Origin: Planctomycetota bacterium
GTDB taxonomy: Bacteria; Planctomycetota; UBA8108; SXIK01
NCBI GenBank assembly: GCA_965223845.1
Contig: CBDCXR010000004.1
Span: 7,744,001 to 7,808,000 of the forward strand
Length of the DNA stretch: 64,000 bases
Direction: 5' to 3'
Part shown: positions 48,343-58,867 of the stretch, piece by piece
Position numbering within the stretch: position 1 is the first letter of the stretch
Layout of the letters: every line of letters starts with the position of its first letter
Position numbers and translations under genes: made by a program
Notes under the pieces: generated by a model
What the model saw: only the letters and a program-made list of their open reading frames with translations
Told to the model about the DNA's origin: nothing
Database searches by the model: none

Positions 48343-49551
48343 ATGGCATTCGACGCGCAGCGCGCTCGGTTCGCGGCCGAGCTCGAAGCGATCCGCGCAT
48401 CGGGGATGTGGAAGACCGAGCAACTCATCACGTCGGCGCAGGAGCCGCGACTCGAAGTGACGGACGATCTCTCGATTCCGTCCCGTCCGAGTCTCAATCT
48501 CTGCGCGAACAACTATCTCGGGCTCGCGAACCACCCCGAAGTGATCGAGGCTTCCTGCCGCGCGACCCGCGAGCACGGCTTCGGCATGGCGTCCGTGCGC
48601 TTCATCTGCGGGACTCACTCGCTCCACCGGAGCCTTGAGACCGAGCTGAGCGCGTTTCTCGGAACGGATGACACAATTCTCTACAGCTCGTGCTTCGACG
48701 CGAACGCGGGTCTCTTCGAAACTCTGCTCGGCCCCGAGGATGCGATCATCAGCGACGAGCTCAATCACGCGAGCATCATCGACGGCATTCGTCTCACGAA
48801 GGCGCGGCGGCGGATCTTTCGTCACGCCGACATGGATGATCTCCGTGCCGCGCTCGACGAAACGCGGGAAGCGCGCATGCAGCTCGTCGTCACCGACGGC
48901 GTGTTCAGCATGCACGGAGATCTCGCTCCGCTGCCCGAGATTTGTGATCTCACCGACGAGCACGGTGCGCTACTCGTCGTCGACGACAGCCACGCGACGG
49001 GGTTTCTCGGCGCCAACGGACGCGGAACTCCCGAGCACTGGGGAGTTTCCGAGCGGGTCGACATCATCACGAGCACGCTCGGAAAGGCCCTCGGCGGCGC
49101 GTCGGGTGGGTTCTCGAGCGGCCGGGCCGAGATCGTCGAGCTGCTTCGACAGCGATCGCGGCCGTACCTGTTCTCGAACGCCGTTGCGCCGGGAATCCTC
49201 GGCGCGGCGCGGAAAGTCCTCGAGCTCATCGCGGCGGAACCCGAGCGGCGTGAGACGCTGCGCGAGAACACGCGCTACTTTCGCGACGAAATGGCGGTGC
49301 GCGGATTCGAAATCGTCCCGGGCGAGCACCCCATCGTCCCGATCGTCCTCGGTGACGAAGTGCGCACTGTCCAGATGGCGACAGAGCTCAACCGACGCGG
49401 TGTGTTCGTCGTCGGATTCACGTTTCCCGTCGTTCCGAAGGGCTCCGCCCGCATTCGCGTGCAGGTGTCCGCGGCGCATTCGCGCGAGGATCTCTCCGGC
49501 GCGATCGACCAGTTCGAGGAGGTCGGCGTCAAGCTGGGCGTGCTGGCGTGA
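48343..49551 (+). CDS. kbl: Glycine C-acetyltransferase (2-amino-3-ketobutyrate CoA ligase)
   Basis: CANNYLGL, SVRFICGT, LNHASIIDG, TLGKALGGASGG, RQRSRPYLFSN. Confidence 0.95.
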   Translation: MAFDAQRARFAAELEAIRASGMWKTEQLITSAQEPRLEVTDDLSIPSRPSLNLCANNYLGLANHPEVIEASCRATREHGFGMASVRFICGTHSLHRSLETELSAFLGTDDTILYSSCFDANAGLFETLLGPEDAIISDELNHASIIDGIRLTKARRRIFRHADMDDLRAALDETREARMQLVVTDGVFSMHGDLAPLPEICDLTDEHGALLVVDDSHATGFLGANGRGTPEHWGVSERVDIITSTLGKALGGASGGFSSGRAEIVELLRQRSRPYLFSNAVAPGILGAARKVLELIAAEPERRETLRENTRYFRDEMAVRGFEIVPGEHPIVPIVLGDEVRTVQMATELNRRGVFVVGFTFPVVPKGSARIRVQVSAAHSREDLSGAIDQFEEVGVKLGVLA

Positions 49552-50296
49552 GGCCGCGCCGCGGCCAGCGGCGGCGGAGAGCGACCGGGTCGTTCGTAAA
49601 CACCGCATCGACACTCCAGCGCGCGAGGCGGCGCTGCGAGGAGGGATCGTCGACCGTCCACGGCGCGACCTGCAGGTCGAGATCGTGCGCCCGGCGGATC
49701 GCGCGCTCCGTCACGATCGAATGCTCGGGATGCCACGCGACGCAGCCGGCGCCGGTCGCCGCCCCGATGGTTCGATCGACCGCGGCCGCGGTCGACTCGC
49801 CCGGGAGTGCGTAAGCGACGAGCGCCGTCCGGATCCCGTAGTCCGCGAACGCCCCGAGAAGATCCGGATCGCTGCAGGAGACCCACACCCGCGGGGCGAG
49901 CTTTGCGCCGGCGACGATCTCGAGAACGCTCGCCGCGAGACGCGCGCCACCGACGGGCTTGAGCTCGAGAATCAGTTCGACGGGATACGGAACGACGCCG
50001 AGCGCTTCGGTGAGGAGGGGCACGCGGGTGCGCGCGAAGCGGGCGCCGAACCAGCTCCCCGCGTCGAGGAGCGCGACGTCGCAGTAGCTCGCCTCCGCGA
50101 CGAGCCCACTTCCGTTTGTGGTCCGATCGAGAGACTCATCGTGAAAGACGATCACCCGACCGTCGGCTGTCGTCTGGAGATCGATTTCGATCGCGTCGGC
50201 TCCGGCGGCGACGGCCGCAGCGAGGGCCGGGACGGTGTTCTCCGGAGCCGCGTTCGAGGCTCCGCGATGGGCGATCACGAGAGGGCATCGGCTCAT
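49529..50296 (-). CDS. Glycerophosphodiester phosphodiesterase
   Basis: IAHRGAS..APENT, EIDLQ.T.DG..IVFHD, LELK, WTVD, FTND. Confidence 0.92.
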   Translation of the reverse strand: MSRCPLVIAHRGASNAAPENTVPALAAAVAAGADAIEIDLQTTADGRVIVFHDESLDRTTNGSGLVAEASYCDVALLDAGSWFGARFARTRVPLLTEALGVVPYPVELILELKPVGGARLAASVLEIVAGAKLAPRVWVSCSDPDLLGAFADYGIRTALVAYALPGESTAAAVDRTIGAATGAGCVAWHPEHSIVTERAIRRAHDLDLQVAPWTVDDPSSQRRLARWSVDAVFTNDPVALRRRWPRRGLTPARPA

Positions 50297-50633
50297 GATC
50301 GCAAGCCTACCACCCGTCGCGCGCGCCCGCTCGGCTCACGGGTCGAACTTTAACGAGGATTCACAGTCGAGGGAGCGGTGGGAGGGACCGTCGAACCGGG
50401 GACGGAGGTCGCGGCCTACTCACAATTCACGAATCCGTCGCCGGAGCGGCGATCGCGGCGAACGGAGCCGCCACGTAGAGACACTCGAATTCGGCGCGCG
50501 GATGACCTGCCGGAGTAGAATCTCCCGTGAATTTCGCGATAATCCGACGCTTTCGCGGCGCGCGGGGACGGCTGGAACAGCCGTCGCTGCCGCGGCGCGC
50601 GACCGAAGCCCAAGTCTCGAGAGCGATATCTCC

Positions 50634-51950
50634 ATGAGTCCCGTCGCCCCGCGTCTCCTCAAGGGTTTCCGCGACTATCTTCCGGCGAAAATGATTCCGC
50701 GCCAGCGCATGCTGAGCGCGATCGAGGCGACGTTTCAGCGCTTCGGGTTCGCCCCTCTGATGACCCCGGTGCTCGAGCACCTCGACATCCTCGCCGGCAA
50801 GTACGGCGACGAGGGCGAAACTCTCATGTACCGCTTCGCGGACCGCGGTGGACGCGACGTCGGCATGCGCTATGACTTGACCGTCCCGCTCGCGCGGGTC
50901 GTCGCCCAGTACGACCTTCCGCTCCCGTTTCGGCGCTACCAGATCGCGCCGGTCTGGCGCGCCGAGAATCCGCAGCGAGGACGGTACCGCGAGTTCGTCC
51001 AGTGCGACGCCGACATCGTCGGGACGAAGGACATGGTCGCCGATGCCGAACTCGTCGAGCTGGCGTGTGAGCTCCTGGCCGCGCTCGGGGTGGACAATTA
51101 CCGAGTGCGAATCAACAACCGAAAGGTTCTCTCCGGCCTCATGCGCCGGATCGGCGTCGACGACGCGCCCGGCGAAATGGCGATCCTTCGGACGATCGAC
51201 AAGCTCGACAAGATCGGTGCGGACAAAACGCGCGAGCTCCTCGGCTCCGAGAACGGACTCTCGGCGGAGAGCGTCGATGTCGTGTTCGAGTTTCTCGAGA
51301 TCGCGGGAGATCCGCGCGCGATCCTCGCTCGCCTCGCCGAGCTGTTCCCGTCGGGCGAAGACATCGGCGGCGAAGGGCGAGTGGAGCTCGCCCAGGTCTT
51401 CGACATTTTGGAGGGCGTCGGACTCTCCGATCGAGTCGAGATCGACCTCTCGATCGCGCGCGGACTGACCTACTACACCGGAACGATCTACGAAACCTTC
51501 CTCACGAATCTCCCCGGCTACGGCGCCGTGATGGGCGGCGGCCGCTACGACGGACTGATCGGGAAGTTCAAAGGAAAGGAGATTCCGGGAGTCGGAATCA
51601 GCCTCGGAATCGATCGTTTGCTCGAAGCGTTGGTCGAGTTGGGCGTCCTCCGCGAAGAGGGAAGCGTCGCGCGCGTACTCGTCGCGGTGTTCGACGCGGA
51701 CACCGCACCCTACGCGCATCGCGTCGCGCAGGAGATTCGGCGCGCCGGTCACGCCTGCGAGCTCTTCTCCGCGAACGCGAAGTTGAAGAAGCAACTCCGC
51801 CACGCCGACCGGCAGGGGCAGCGCTGGGTCGTGATCGCCGGCAGCGATGAGATCGCGCGCGAAGAGGTCGCGATCAAAGATCTCGAGAGCGGCACGCAGG
51901 AATCCGTTCCGCTCTCGGGGCTCGGTGCATTTTTCGACCGCGCGAATTGA
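50634..51950 (+). CDS. hisS: Histidyl-tRNA synthetase
   Basis: KGFRD, RYDLTVP, WRAENPQRGRYREFVQCD, ARGLTYYTG, GGGRYD. Confidence 0.97.
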   Translation: MSPVAPRLLKGFRDYLPAKMIPRQRMLSAIEATFQRFGFAPLMTPVLEHLDILAGKYGDEGETLMYRFADRGGRDVGMRYDLTVPLARVVAQYDLPLPFRRYQIAPVWRAENPQRGRYREFVQCDADIVGTKDMVADAELVELACELLAALGVDNYRVRINNRKVLSGLMRRIGVDDAPGEMAILRTIDKLDKIGADKTRELLGSENGLSAESVDVVFEFLEIAGDPRAILARLAELFPSGEDIGGEGRVELAQVFDILEGVGLSDRVEIDLSIARGLTYYTGTIYETFLTNLPGYGAVMGGGRYDGLIGKFKGKEIPGVGISLGIDRLLEALVELGVLREEGSVARVLVAVFDADTAPYAHRVAQEIRRAGHACELFSANAKLKKQLRHADRQGQRWVVIAGSDEIAREEVAIKDLESGTQESVPLSGLGAFFDRAN

Positions 51951-52286
51951 GCGCGATGGGACGAGGTCTCCGGCGCGCTGGGTGGGAGGCAGGACGAATA
52001 CGCGCCGGTGATTCTCGGACCTCCGAGCCGGGCCCGCGGGCGTCGCAGCGATCGCCGACACTCCGGTAAGGTCCGAGCGACGAACCGTTCGCGCCGGGTC
52101 TTCGCCCGAGTGCAACATTCGCTTCAGCACGGAGAACGAGACGCTCGATCTCGGGAATGAGCGGATGACTCCCCGTCGAGTCAGAGACGCTCGCTCACCG
52201 TCGCCGAACGCGGAGGAGATCTCTGGCCGCGATCGCGCGGCTTTCCTCCGCGTCGTACCGGCGCCCGCCGAGATCGGAGCCCAGTC

Positions 52287-53312
52287 ATGCTGAATCGCTC
52301 GACGATTGCCGTCGCCGCGACGTTCGCGCTTGTTCTTTCCGTCGGATGTACGTCTGTTCGCAGCATCAGCTACGGTGATGGCTGGGTGCGAACGAGCAAT
52401 GTTTCGTATCAGTTCGTCGGTCCACCCGTCCTCCGAGACGCGAGCGGCAGCACGTATTCGGTCGAGGTGACGGGGTTCGACGCGCCCGCGGCGATCTCGA
52501 TCGCCCCGTTCGATCGCCACGGCATGCGCGGAGCGAGCACCGGACGCGGGGATGTTCGAGTCGAGATCGAGCTGGGCGAAGTTCGCCAAGAAGAGCCCGG
52601 CGCGATGAAGCTCGGCGCGAAGTGGTACCCGGCGTTCGAAGTCTCCGTGCCCTACGAAGTCGGAGTTCGGCGGGGCGCGGAATCACTCGCTGAACGAAGC
52701 GGTGTCTACACGAACGTGCTGACGTTCAATCAGATGCCCGGCTTCCCGAGTCGCGAAGAAGCCGTGGGCGCACTCGACGCGATCCGTCGGCTCGCCCAAA
52801 AACGCATCGACGAAGAAGAACGAGCGAAAGCCTTCGTGCAGGCGAAGAAGCGAGCGGGCGAAGCAGCGTCGCGTCTTTTTCAGGAGCGGAACATCTCGCT
52901 CGAGGTTCCGGTCGTCCGCTCGGCGGCCGGGCTCGATCTCGAGGGGGTCTACGCCCTCGTCGCGAGTGCTCGGAGCCCGGAGCAAGTTCGCACCGCGCTC
53001 ACGGAGTACGAATCGATCGGCATGGAGCACGCGAAGGCGGACGGAACACCGAACCAGACGGCCAATTACGGGGTCGCGTGCGGAATCGCTGCGTGCAGGC
53101 TTCTCTTGCGAGATCTCGCGGGTGCGTGGAGCGCCTGTGTCCGCGCCTCGGAATTCGAGCCGCGCGGCGAAGAGGCGGACACGATTCGCTCGGTCATCTA
53201 CCGCCAGGAGATGATCACGGGCGTGCGCGTGATCCCCGACGAGGACCGCGCGCGAATCGAAGCCGCCGAGCGGGCGGCGAGCGCGCTCGAGGGGATGTTC
53301 CGAGCGTTTTAG
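52287..53312 (+). CDS. Hypothetical lipoprotein
   Basis: Signal peptide with lipobox SVGC; helical C-terminus. Confidence 0.65.
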   Translation: MLNRSTIAVAATFALVLSVGCTSVRSISYGDGWVRTSNVSYQFVGPPVLRDASGSTYSVEVTGFDAPAAISIAPFDRHGMRGASTGRGDVRVEIELGEVRQEEPGAMKLGAKWYPAFEVSVPYEVGVRRGAESLAERSGVYTNVLTFNQMPGFPSREEAVGALDAIRRLAQKRIDEEERAKAFVQAKKRAGEAASRLFQERNISLEVPVVRSAAGLDLEGVYALVASARSPEQVRTALTEYESIGMEHAKADGTPNQTANYGVACGIAACRLLLRDLAGAWSACVRASEFEPRGEEADTIRSVIYRQEMITGVRVIPDEDRARIEAAERAASALEGMFRAF

Positions 53313-53417
53313 TCTCGCCACCTCGCTCGTCCAACGTCGCTTGGTTCGCGTTCTCGCATCGCCGTGGCTACGCATGAGCGACGGATTCGCGAGCGCCGGT
53401 TTCGATCGGAACACGTT

Positions 53418-53948
53418 CTAAGCGCGAACGACGAACGCGCTGTGTAGCACGCGCGCCGTCAGTCCCCACACTTCTTCGCCGTCGACGAGAAAGCTCGGGA
53501 ACGAGATCCGACCCGCGCTCGATTCGATCCACTTCGTGCGTTCGCGGAAGAGCCCCGGAGTGATCTGCGAGAGCGGGAGGTAGAGAGTCCGCTCGACCTC
53601 GGCCGGCGCCGGCCGGATCTCGACCCCGTCCGCGATCGCGCCGACGAACGGTTTCACGCGGTGGCCGAGCCCCGTTTCATGCCAGCCCAGAACGCGTACG
53701 TCGTTCACGGCGCGGGGAGGGATCCCGACTTCCTCTTCGGTCTCGCGAAGGGCGGTCTCGAGGAGGGTCTCGCCCGGCTCGCGCCGCCCGCCCGGGAACG
53801 AAACCTGACCGGAGTACTGCCGGAGACTCTCCGGCCGCTTCGTGAAGAGGACGCACGGTTCACCGTTCCGCTCGAGGATGGGAACGAGGACCGCGAACTC
53901 GCTCTCCGGCGTCACGAGCGCGCAGCCGCCGTCGACGGAAGTCTCCAT
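53418..53948 (-). CDS. Nudix CoA pyrophosphatase (NudL-like)
   Basis: LFTKR..LRQYSGQVSFPGG, ALRETEEEVG, VWGLTA. Confidence 0.9.
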   Translation of the reverse strand: METSVDGGCALVTPESEFAVLVPILERNGEPCVLFTKRPESLRQYSGQVSFPGGRREPGETLLETALRETEEEVGIPPRAVNDVRVLGWHETGLGHRVKPFVGAIADGVEIRPAPAEVERTLYLPLSQITPGLFRERTKWIESSAGRISFPSFLVDGEEVWGLTARVLHSAFVVRA

Positions 53949-54010
53949 TCGCCCGAGTCGATCGGCGGGCCGCCGGCCGTGATGCTCCAGCTAGCGACCA
54001 TCATCGCGGG

Positions 54011-54352
54011 CTAGATCGAAAAGGACTCGCCGCAACCGCACGTGCCGGTCGCGTTGGGGTTGTTGAAGACGAACCCGCGTCCCATGAGCCCGTCGTGAAA
54101 GTCCACCTCGACTCCTTCGAGGTAGAGGTTGCTCTTCTGGTCGACGACGACCTTCACGCCCTTCAGCTCGTGAATCTTGTCCTCGTCCTTGACGTTCTCA
54201 TCGAATCCCATCTTGTACGTGAAGCCCGAACACCCGCCGCCGACGACCATCAACCGAAGCGCCGCATCGGCGGCGAGATTCTCGCTGGCCACTTCCTTGG
54301 CCATGATCGTTTTCAGCTCTTCGGCCGCTTTGTCGGTGAGTTGAATGGACAC
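54011..54352 (-). CDS. HesB/IscA A-type Fe-S carrier
   Basis: GGCSGF, NPNATGTCGCGESF. Confidence 0.95.
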   Translation of the reverse strand: MSIQLTDKAAEELKTIMAKEVASENLAADAALRLMVVGGGCSGFTYKMGFDENVKDEDKIHELKGVKVVVDQKSNLYLEGVEVDFHDGLMGRGFVFNNPNATGTCGCGESFSI

Positions 54353-54720
54353 GGGCGAATGGACCTCCTCGAGAGCGTCGGCGTGACCCGGTCGGCGCGA
54401 TCGATCATCGCATCGGGCCGGGAATCGATTCTGACGAGATTATAAGAGGAGTCGCGGCCGATTGCGGGGCTCGTTTCCGGCGTTCCGTGCCTCGAGAGCG
54501 CTCGCGCGGGGGGAGGCGGGGTTTCCGAAGGCGTCGTTGCAACAATCATCGGGCGGACATACGATTTCCGGGACGGAGCGTTGCCTCGAGACTTCCCGTG
54601 GATCAGAGATCGCCAAGGCGCGAGAATCGTCGAGGAGACGCCGGGGAAGGAGGCGCTGCCGGAGGCCAGCGGAATCGGGTCTCGGGCTCAGGGGCGGAGG
54701 CGGCACCGAGAGTGAAGAGG

Positions 54721-56667
54721 ATGACCGAAGAGGCGGCCGCGGAAGACGCGGCGGGTGCACCGGAGGAGGACGACCGCGAGCGCGAACCGCGCGCGCGATC
54801 GAGGGCCGTCGCGCGAGTCCCACGGGGACTCGGGCGAACGGAGCGCGGCGCCGCGGTGACTCTGGCCCTCTTGCTCGCGCTGGTCCTTCTCCTCCAGCAT
54901 CAGCTGCGTGAATCGACCTCGTCACGGCCCGAAGCCCGAGAGGAGCTCGCGACCGCAAACCCCGGTCGAGCTCCGGGCGGCGACTCGCTCAGGTCGGCCC
55001 CGACCCGCGCTGCGCGAAGCGTCCCGGTGGTGTTCGCGGCGCTCTCACCGGCACCCTCACGCGGAGATCTCTTGCGCGGCCGGGTCGTCGACACGTCGGG
55101 GCGACCGCTGGTCGCCGCCGCCGTGGCGCTCGGGCGAAAGCGATCGACGACCGATGACCGCGGACAGTTCGAGATCGATCGCGGGCGGTCGTCGCTCAGC
55201 GTATCGCACCCGGCCGCTTGGCCTTCGACTCTCGAGCGTGCGGCGCTCCGACTCCTCGGCGAAGCCGGGCGTTGGGAATCGAGCACCGCTCCCATCGCGG
55301 CGGATGCGCCGGGCGCCTCGGCGCCGTCGGTTCCCATCACTCTCGTTCGCGCCCTCCGCGTTGCGGGACGGGTTCTCGATGCCGAAGGGCGTCCACTCGA
55401 CGGCGCTCGGGTCGTCTTTTCGAGTGGCCAGCGGCTCTGGGAGCTCGCCGCTGACGAGCGAGGAGAGTTCGCCGGCGGGCCGCTCCCTGTCACGGAGTAC
55501 GAAGTCGTCGCGATCCACCCTCGCGCGATTCCCGCTCGACGTTCTCTGCGGCCACCCCACGAATCGCCCGACGATCTTCGCTTCGTCCTCGACGCCGGCG
55601 TCCCGCTCGAGGTGACCGTGCGCGGAGAGAACGGGGTCGACGTCGTCGCCGGCGCGGAAATCTGGACCCGGGCATCGGCAGCGGTCGGCGAGGAGGCGAA
55701 CTGGGTCCAGCTCGGCTGGACCGACGCGAGCGGCCGGCTCGAGACGGGGCGACCGCGCGGACCGTGTCGCCTCCGCGTCGTCGCGCCCGGATTTCACGCC
55801 ACCACGCGGCCCGTTCTCGGTCGCGGCGTCACGGTCCGACTGGCGTCGGCCCCGTCGCTGGCGGGAACTGCCGTCGACGCGTCGAGCGGCCTCCCGATCG
55901 CGCCGCTCGACGCCGTTCTGGAATGGCGGGGGCCGTGGGGGTTTGCCGCGACCGACGTCGAGCAGAACCTCCGCGTCGAGGCGGACGGGACCTTCGTCGC
56001 GTCGCTCCCACCGCGACCGGGCGTCTACCGCGTGCGCGTCTTCGGACGCGGCGGGCGCGAGGGCCACTCCCGCCCCCTGCGGGTCGACGGCGGCGCCTCG
56101 GTCGACGGCATCCTCGTCTCGGTCGCCCGCGATGCGGAGATCGTCGGACGGGTCTGGGGGCCGTCGGGCGGGGCCCGCGTCGAGCTTCTTTCGCTCCCCG
56201 CACCGGGTACCGAAGCGGATTCTCTCTACGGCGTATCGGTTCCCGCGGCGCATCGCGTCATCGACTCTCGCACGCTCGACGCCGGCGGTGAGTTCGCGTT
56301 TCGCGGAGTTTCGCCGGGACTCTACCGCCTCCACGTGTGGATCGCGGGATTCCGCGAGTACTACTCCGCGGTGCTGACGCCTCCGATCGACCGCAAGGTG
56401 CCCATCGTCCTCGAAGAGGGAGTCGAGCTGCGCGGCGCCGTGCGGGTCGCGGACGGCTCGCCTGCCGCGGGGGTACCGATCATCCTTTTCGATCGCACGC
56501 TGCGCCGCTCGCTGATCTCGTCCGGAGAGGGTCGCTACGCCTTCTCCGATCTTCCGCCCGGGCGCTACTCGCTCGTCGTTGCGCCGCCGGGCGGTCTCTC
56601 ACCGCTTCGACGTGAGGTGACGCTTCCGGCGCGAGGCCGTCTGACGTACAACCTTCACCTCCGCTGA
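54721..56667 (+). CDS. Membrane-anchored protein with repeated carboxypeptidase regulatory-like (beta-sandwich) domains
   Basis: One TM segment; repeated GRVVD..GRPL..A.V, TDD.G.F, L.PG.Y.L motifs. Confidence 0.75.
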   Translation: MTEEAAAEDAAGAPEEDDREREPRARSRAVARVPRGLGRTERGAAVTLALLLALVLLLQHQLRESTSSRPEAREELATANPGRAPGGDSLRSAPTRAARSVPVVFAALSPAPSRGDLLRGRVVDTSGRPLVAAAVALGRKRSTTDDRGQFEIDRGRSSLSVSHPAAWPSTLERAALRLLGEAGRWESSTAPIAADAPGASAPSVPITLVRALRVAGRVLDAEGRPLDGARVVFSSGQRLWELAADERGEFAGGPLPVTEYEVVAIHPRAIPARRSLRPPHESPDDLRFVLDAGVPLEVTVRGENGVDVVAGAEIWTRASAAVGEEANWVQLGWTDASGRLETGRPRGPCRLRVVAPGFHATTRPVLGRGVTVRLASAPSLAGTAVDASSGLPIAPLDAVLEWRGPWGFAATDVEQNLRVEADGTFVASLPPRPGVYRVRVFGRGGREGHSRPLRVDGGASVDGILVSVARDAEIVGRVWGPSGGARVELLSLPAPGTEADSLYGVSVPAAHRVIDSRTLDAGGEFAFRGVSPGLYRLHVWIAGFREYYSAVLTPPIDRKVPIVLEEGVELRGAVRVADGSPAAGVPIILFDRTLRRSLISSGEGRYAFSDLPPGRYSLVVAPPGGLSPLRREVTLPARGRLTYNLHLR

Positions 56668-56816
56668 CGCCCGCCGCGGTGGGAGACGCTCGGTCACTCA
56701 CTCGCCGCCCCTTCGCCCGGGATTGGGGTAGAATCACGCATCGACCCCGCCCCTTCGCTCGAATCCGATTCGTTTCCGACCGACGATCATCTTCCCAGCA
56801 CACTCCGTCCTTCTCG

Positions 56817-57989
56817 ATGAGCTGCATCTATCTCGACCACAACGCCACGACGCCGGTGGATCCGCGTGTCCTCGAGTCGATGCTGCCGTATTTCTCCCGC
56901 GAGTTCGGCAACGCATCGAGTCGCGGACACGAGTTCGGCTGGCGCGCCAAGGAGGCCGTCGAGGCGGCGCGGGCGCAGGTTGCCCGGTGTCTCGGAGTCT
57001 CGAATCGCGACGTCCTGTTCACTTCGGGCGCGACGGAGGCCGACAACATCGCGATCGTGGGGCTCGTCGAAAAGGCGCGGGCGCAGAACGGCGGGAAGCC
57101 CGTCCACGTGGTGTCGCAGGCAACGGAGCACCCCGCGGTGCTCGATCCTCTGGCGGCCCTCGAAAAGAGGGGCGACAGCGTCACGCTGCTACCGGTCGAT
57201 CGCTCGGGACGAGTCGATCCCGACGCGGTGCGGAACGCGATCCGACCGGAGACCGTGCTCGTCACGATCATGGCCGCGAACAACGAGCTCGGCACGGTCG
57301 AGCCTGTCGCCGAGATCGCGGCTGTCTGTCGCGAGGCAGGCGTGCGATTCCACACCGATGCCGCGCAAGCGGTCGGCAAGATTCCGATCGACGCCCGCGA
57401 GTGGGAGTTCGACCTGCTCTCCCTCTCGGGACACAAGTTCTACGCGCCGAAGGGCGTCGGTGCGCTCGTCGTGTGCTCGCGCTCGCCGCGGATACGGCTC
57501 GATCCCGTCGTCCGAGGCGGCGGGCAAGAGCGCGGGATTCGACCGGGGACGCTCAACGTCCCCGGCATCGTCGGGCTCGGGGAAGCAGCGCGAATCGCCG
57601 CCGAGGATCTCGCCGGAGAGGGGCCGCGGATCGCGCATCAGCGAGATCGTCTCGAAGCGGGGATTCGCGCGGCGCTCGACGGAGTCACCGTGAATGGACC
57701 GTCAAGCGGAGACGCGGTCGAGCGCGTCCCGGGCACGACGAATCTCAGCTTCGACGGCGTCGACGGGAACGCACTTCTCGTCGGACTGAAGGAGATCGCG
57801 GTCAGCTCGGGTTCCGCGTGCGCATCCGGAAACACCGATGTTTCGCACGTTCTCAAGGCGATCGGCGTGTCGCCGGAGCGCGCTCTGGCGAGCGTACGGA
57901 TCTCCGTCGGGAGAGGGACGACCGACGCCGAGATCGAGCACGCGATCGCCCACGTTGAGACGGTTGTCCGGGAACTGCGTAGGAGATAG
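56817..57989 (+). CDS. iscS: Cysteine desulfurase (IscS/NifS)
   Basis: IYLDHNATTP, FTSGATEADN, HTDAAQ, SGHKFYAPKG, SSGSAC. Confidence 0.93.
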   Translation: MSCIYLDHNATTPVDPRVLESMLPYFSREFGNASSRGHEFGWRAKEAVEAARAQVARCLGVSNRDVLFTSGATEADNIAIVGLVEKARAQNGGKPVHVVSQATEHPAVLDPLAALEKRGDSVTLLPVDRSGRVDPDAVRNAIRPETVLVTIMAANNELGTVEPVAEIAAVCREAGVRFHTDAAQAVGKIPIDAREWEFDLLSLSGHKFYAPKGVGALVVCSRSPRIRLDPVVRGGGQERGIRPGTLNVPGIVGLGEAARIAAEDLAGEGPRIAHQRDRLEAGIRAALDGVTVNGPSSGDAVERVPGTTNLSFDGVDGNALLVGLKEIAVSSGSACASGNTDVSHVLKAIGVSPERALASVRISVGRGTTDAEIEHAIAHVETVVRELRRR

Positions 57990-58039
57990 ATGATCGTCGA
58001 CGTTTCGTCCCGCGCGCGCACCGTGCTTCGCCCCCGCCC

Positions 58040-58807
58040 ATGACGTCCTCAAAGCCGTCCCGCTCTCGCCGCCGCTCTCGCCGCCGTTTTCGTCGAGTCT
58101 TCCGCCCCGTCCGAAACTTCTGCGTCGTTCACCTCGGCGTGCCGCTCATCAAGCTCTGGATGTGGACGCTGCGCGTGCGCTGGCGCGGAGTCGCTCAGAG
58201 GAGCGGTCGGCGACTCTGGGTACCGCGCCCCGCCGTGTTTGCGGTATGGCATGAGGATCTCGCGCTCGTGACGAGCATCTTCCCCGTAAGCCGAGTGCAA
58301 GCGCTCGTGAGCGAACACTCCGACGGCGAGATGATCGCGCGCATCATGGCGCGCTTCAACATCGAGACCGTCCGCGGCTCGACCACTCGCGGTGGGATCA
58401 AGGCCGTCCTCGAGCTACTTCGTCAGGGAGAGGATCTGGCGATCGCCGTGACACCCGATGGTCCACGCGGACCGAGACGCACGGTGCAGATGGGTGTCCT
58501 CTATCTCGCCTCGAAGACGGGAGCCGCGATCTACCCCGTCGGCGTCTATACGAAGCCTCGGAAGGAGCTCTCCACTTGGGACCGAATGGCGCTTCCACTC
58601 CCGTTCGGCCGCGCCCTGTGCTACGTCGACGAGCCGATCACCGTTCCGCCCGATCTCGACCGGAATGGGCTTCGGGAGTACCGCGATCGGGTCGAGGAGC
58701 TCCTGCGAAAGAGCCGCGAACGAGTCTCCGAGTCGTTCGAGGAGGAGTACGCTTCCGCGCGTCCCTTCGGCCGACTCGAGAATGCCGGAGCCGAAGGGAG
58801 CGGATAG
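58040..58807 (+). CDS. DUF374 / lysophospholipid acyltransferase family protein
   Basis: WH, SEHSDGE, RGSTTRGG, TPDGPRGP, WD..LPLPF. Confidence 0.85.
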   Translation: MTSSKPSRSRRRSRRRFRRVFRPVRNFCVVHLGVPLIKLWMWTLRVRWRGVAQRSGRRLWVPRPAVFAVWHEDLALVTSIFPVSRVQALVSEHSDGEMIARIMARFNIETVRGSTTRGGIKAVLELLRQGEDLAIAVTPDGPRGPRRTVQMGVLYLASKTGAAIYPVGVYTKPRKELSTWDRMALPLPFGRALCYVDEPITVPPDLDRNGLREYRDRVEELLRKSRERVSESFEEEYASARPFGRLENAGAEGSG

Positions 58808-58867
58808 ACTCGAGGGCAGGAGTGACCGGTGAGCGTATCGCGGCGGAGGATCTCGAGAGGAATCAAG

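Noticed and set aside
50297-50633. T-box or attenuator leader before hisS
   Set aside because: No T-box motif or His-rich leader peptide seen
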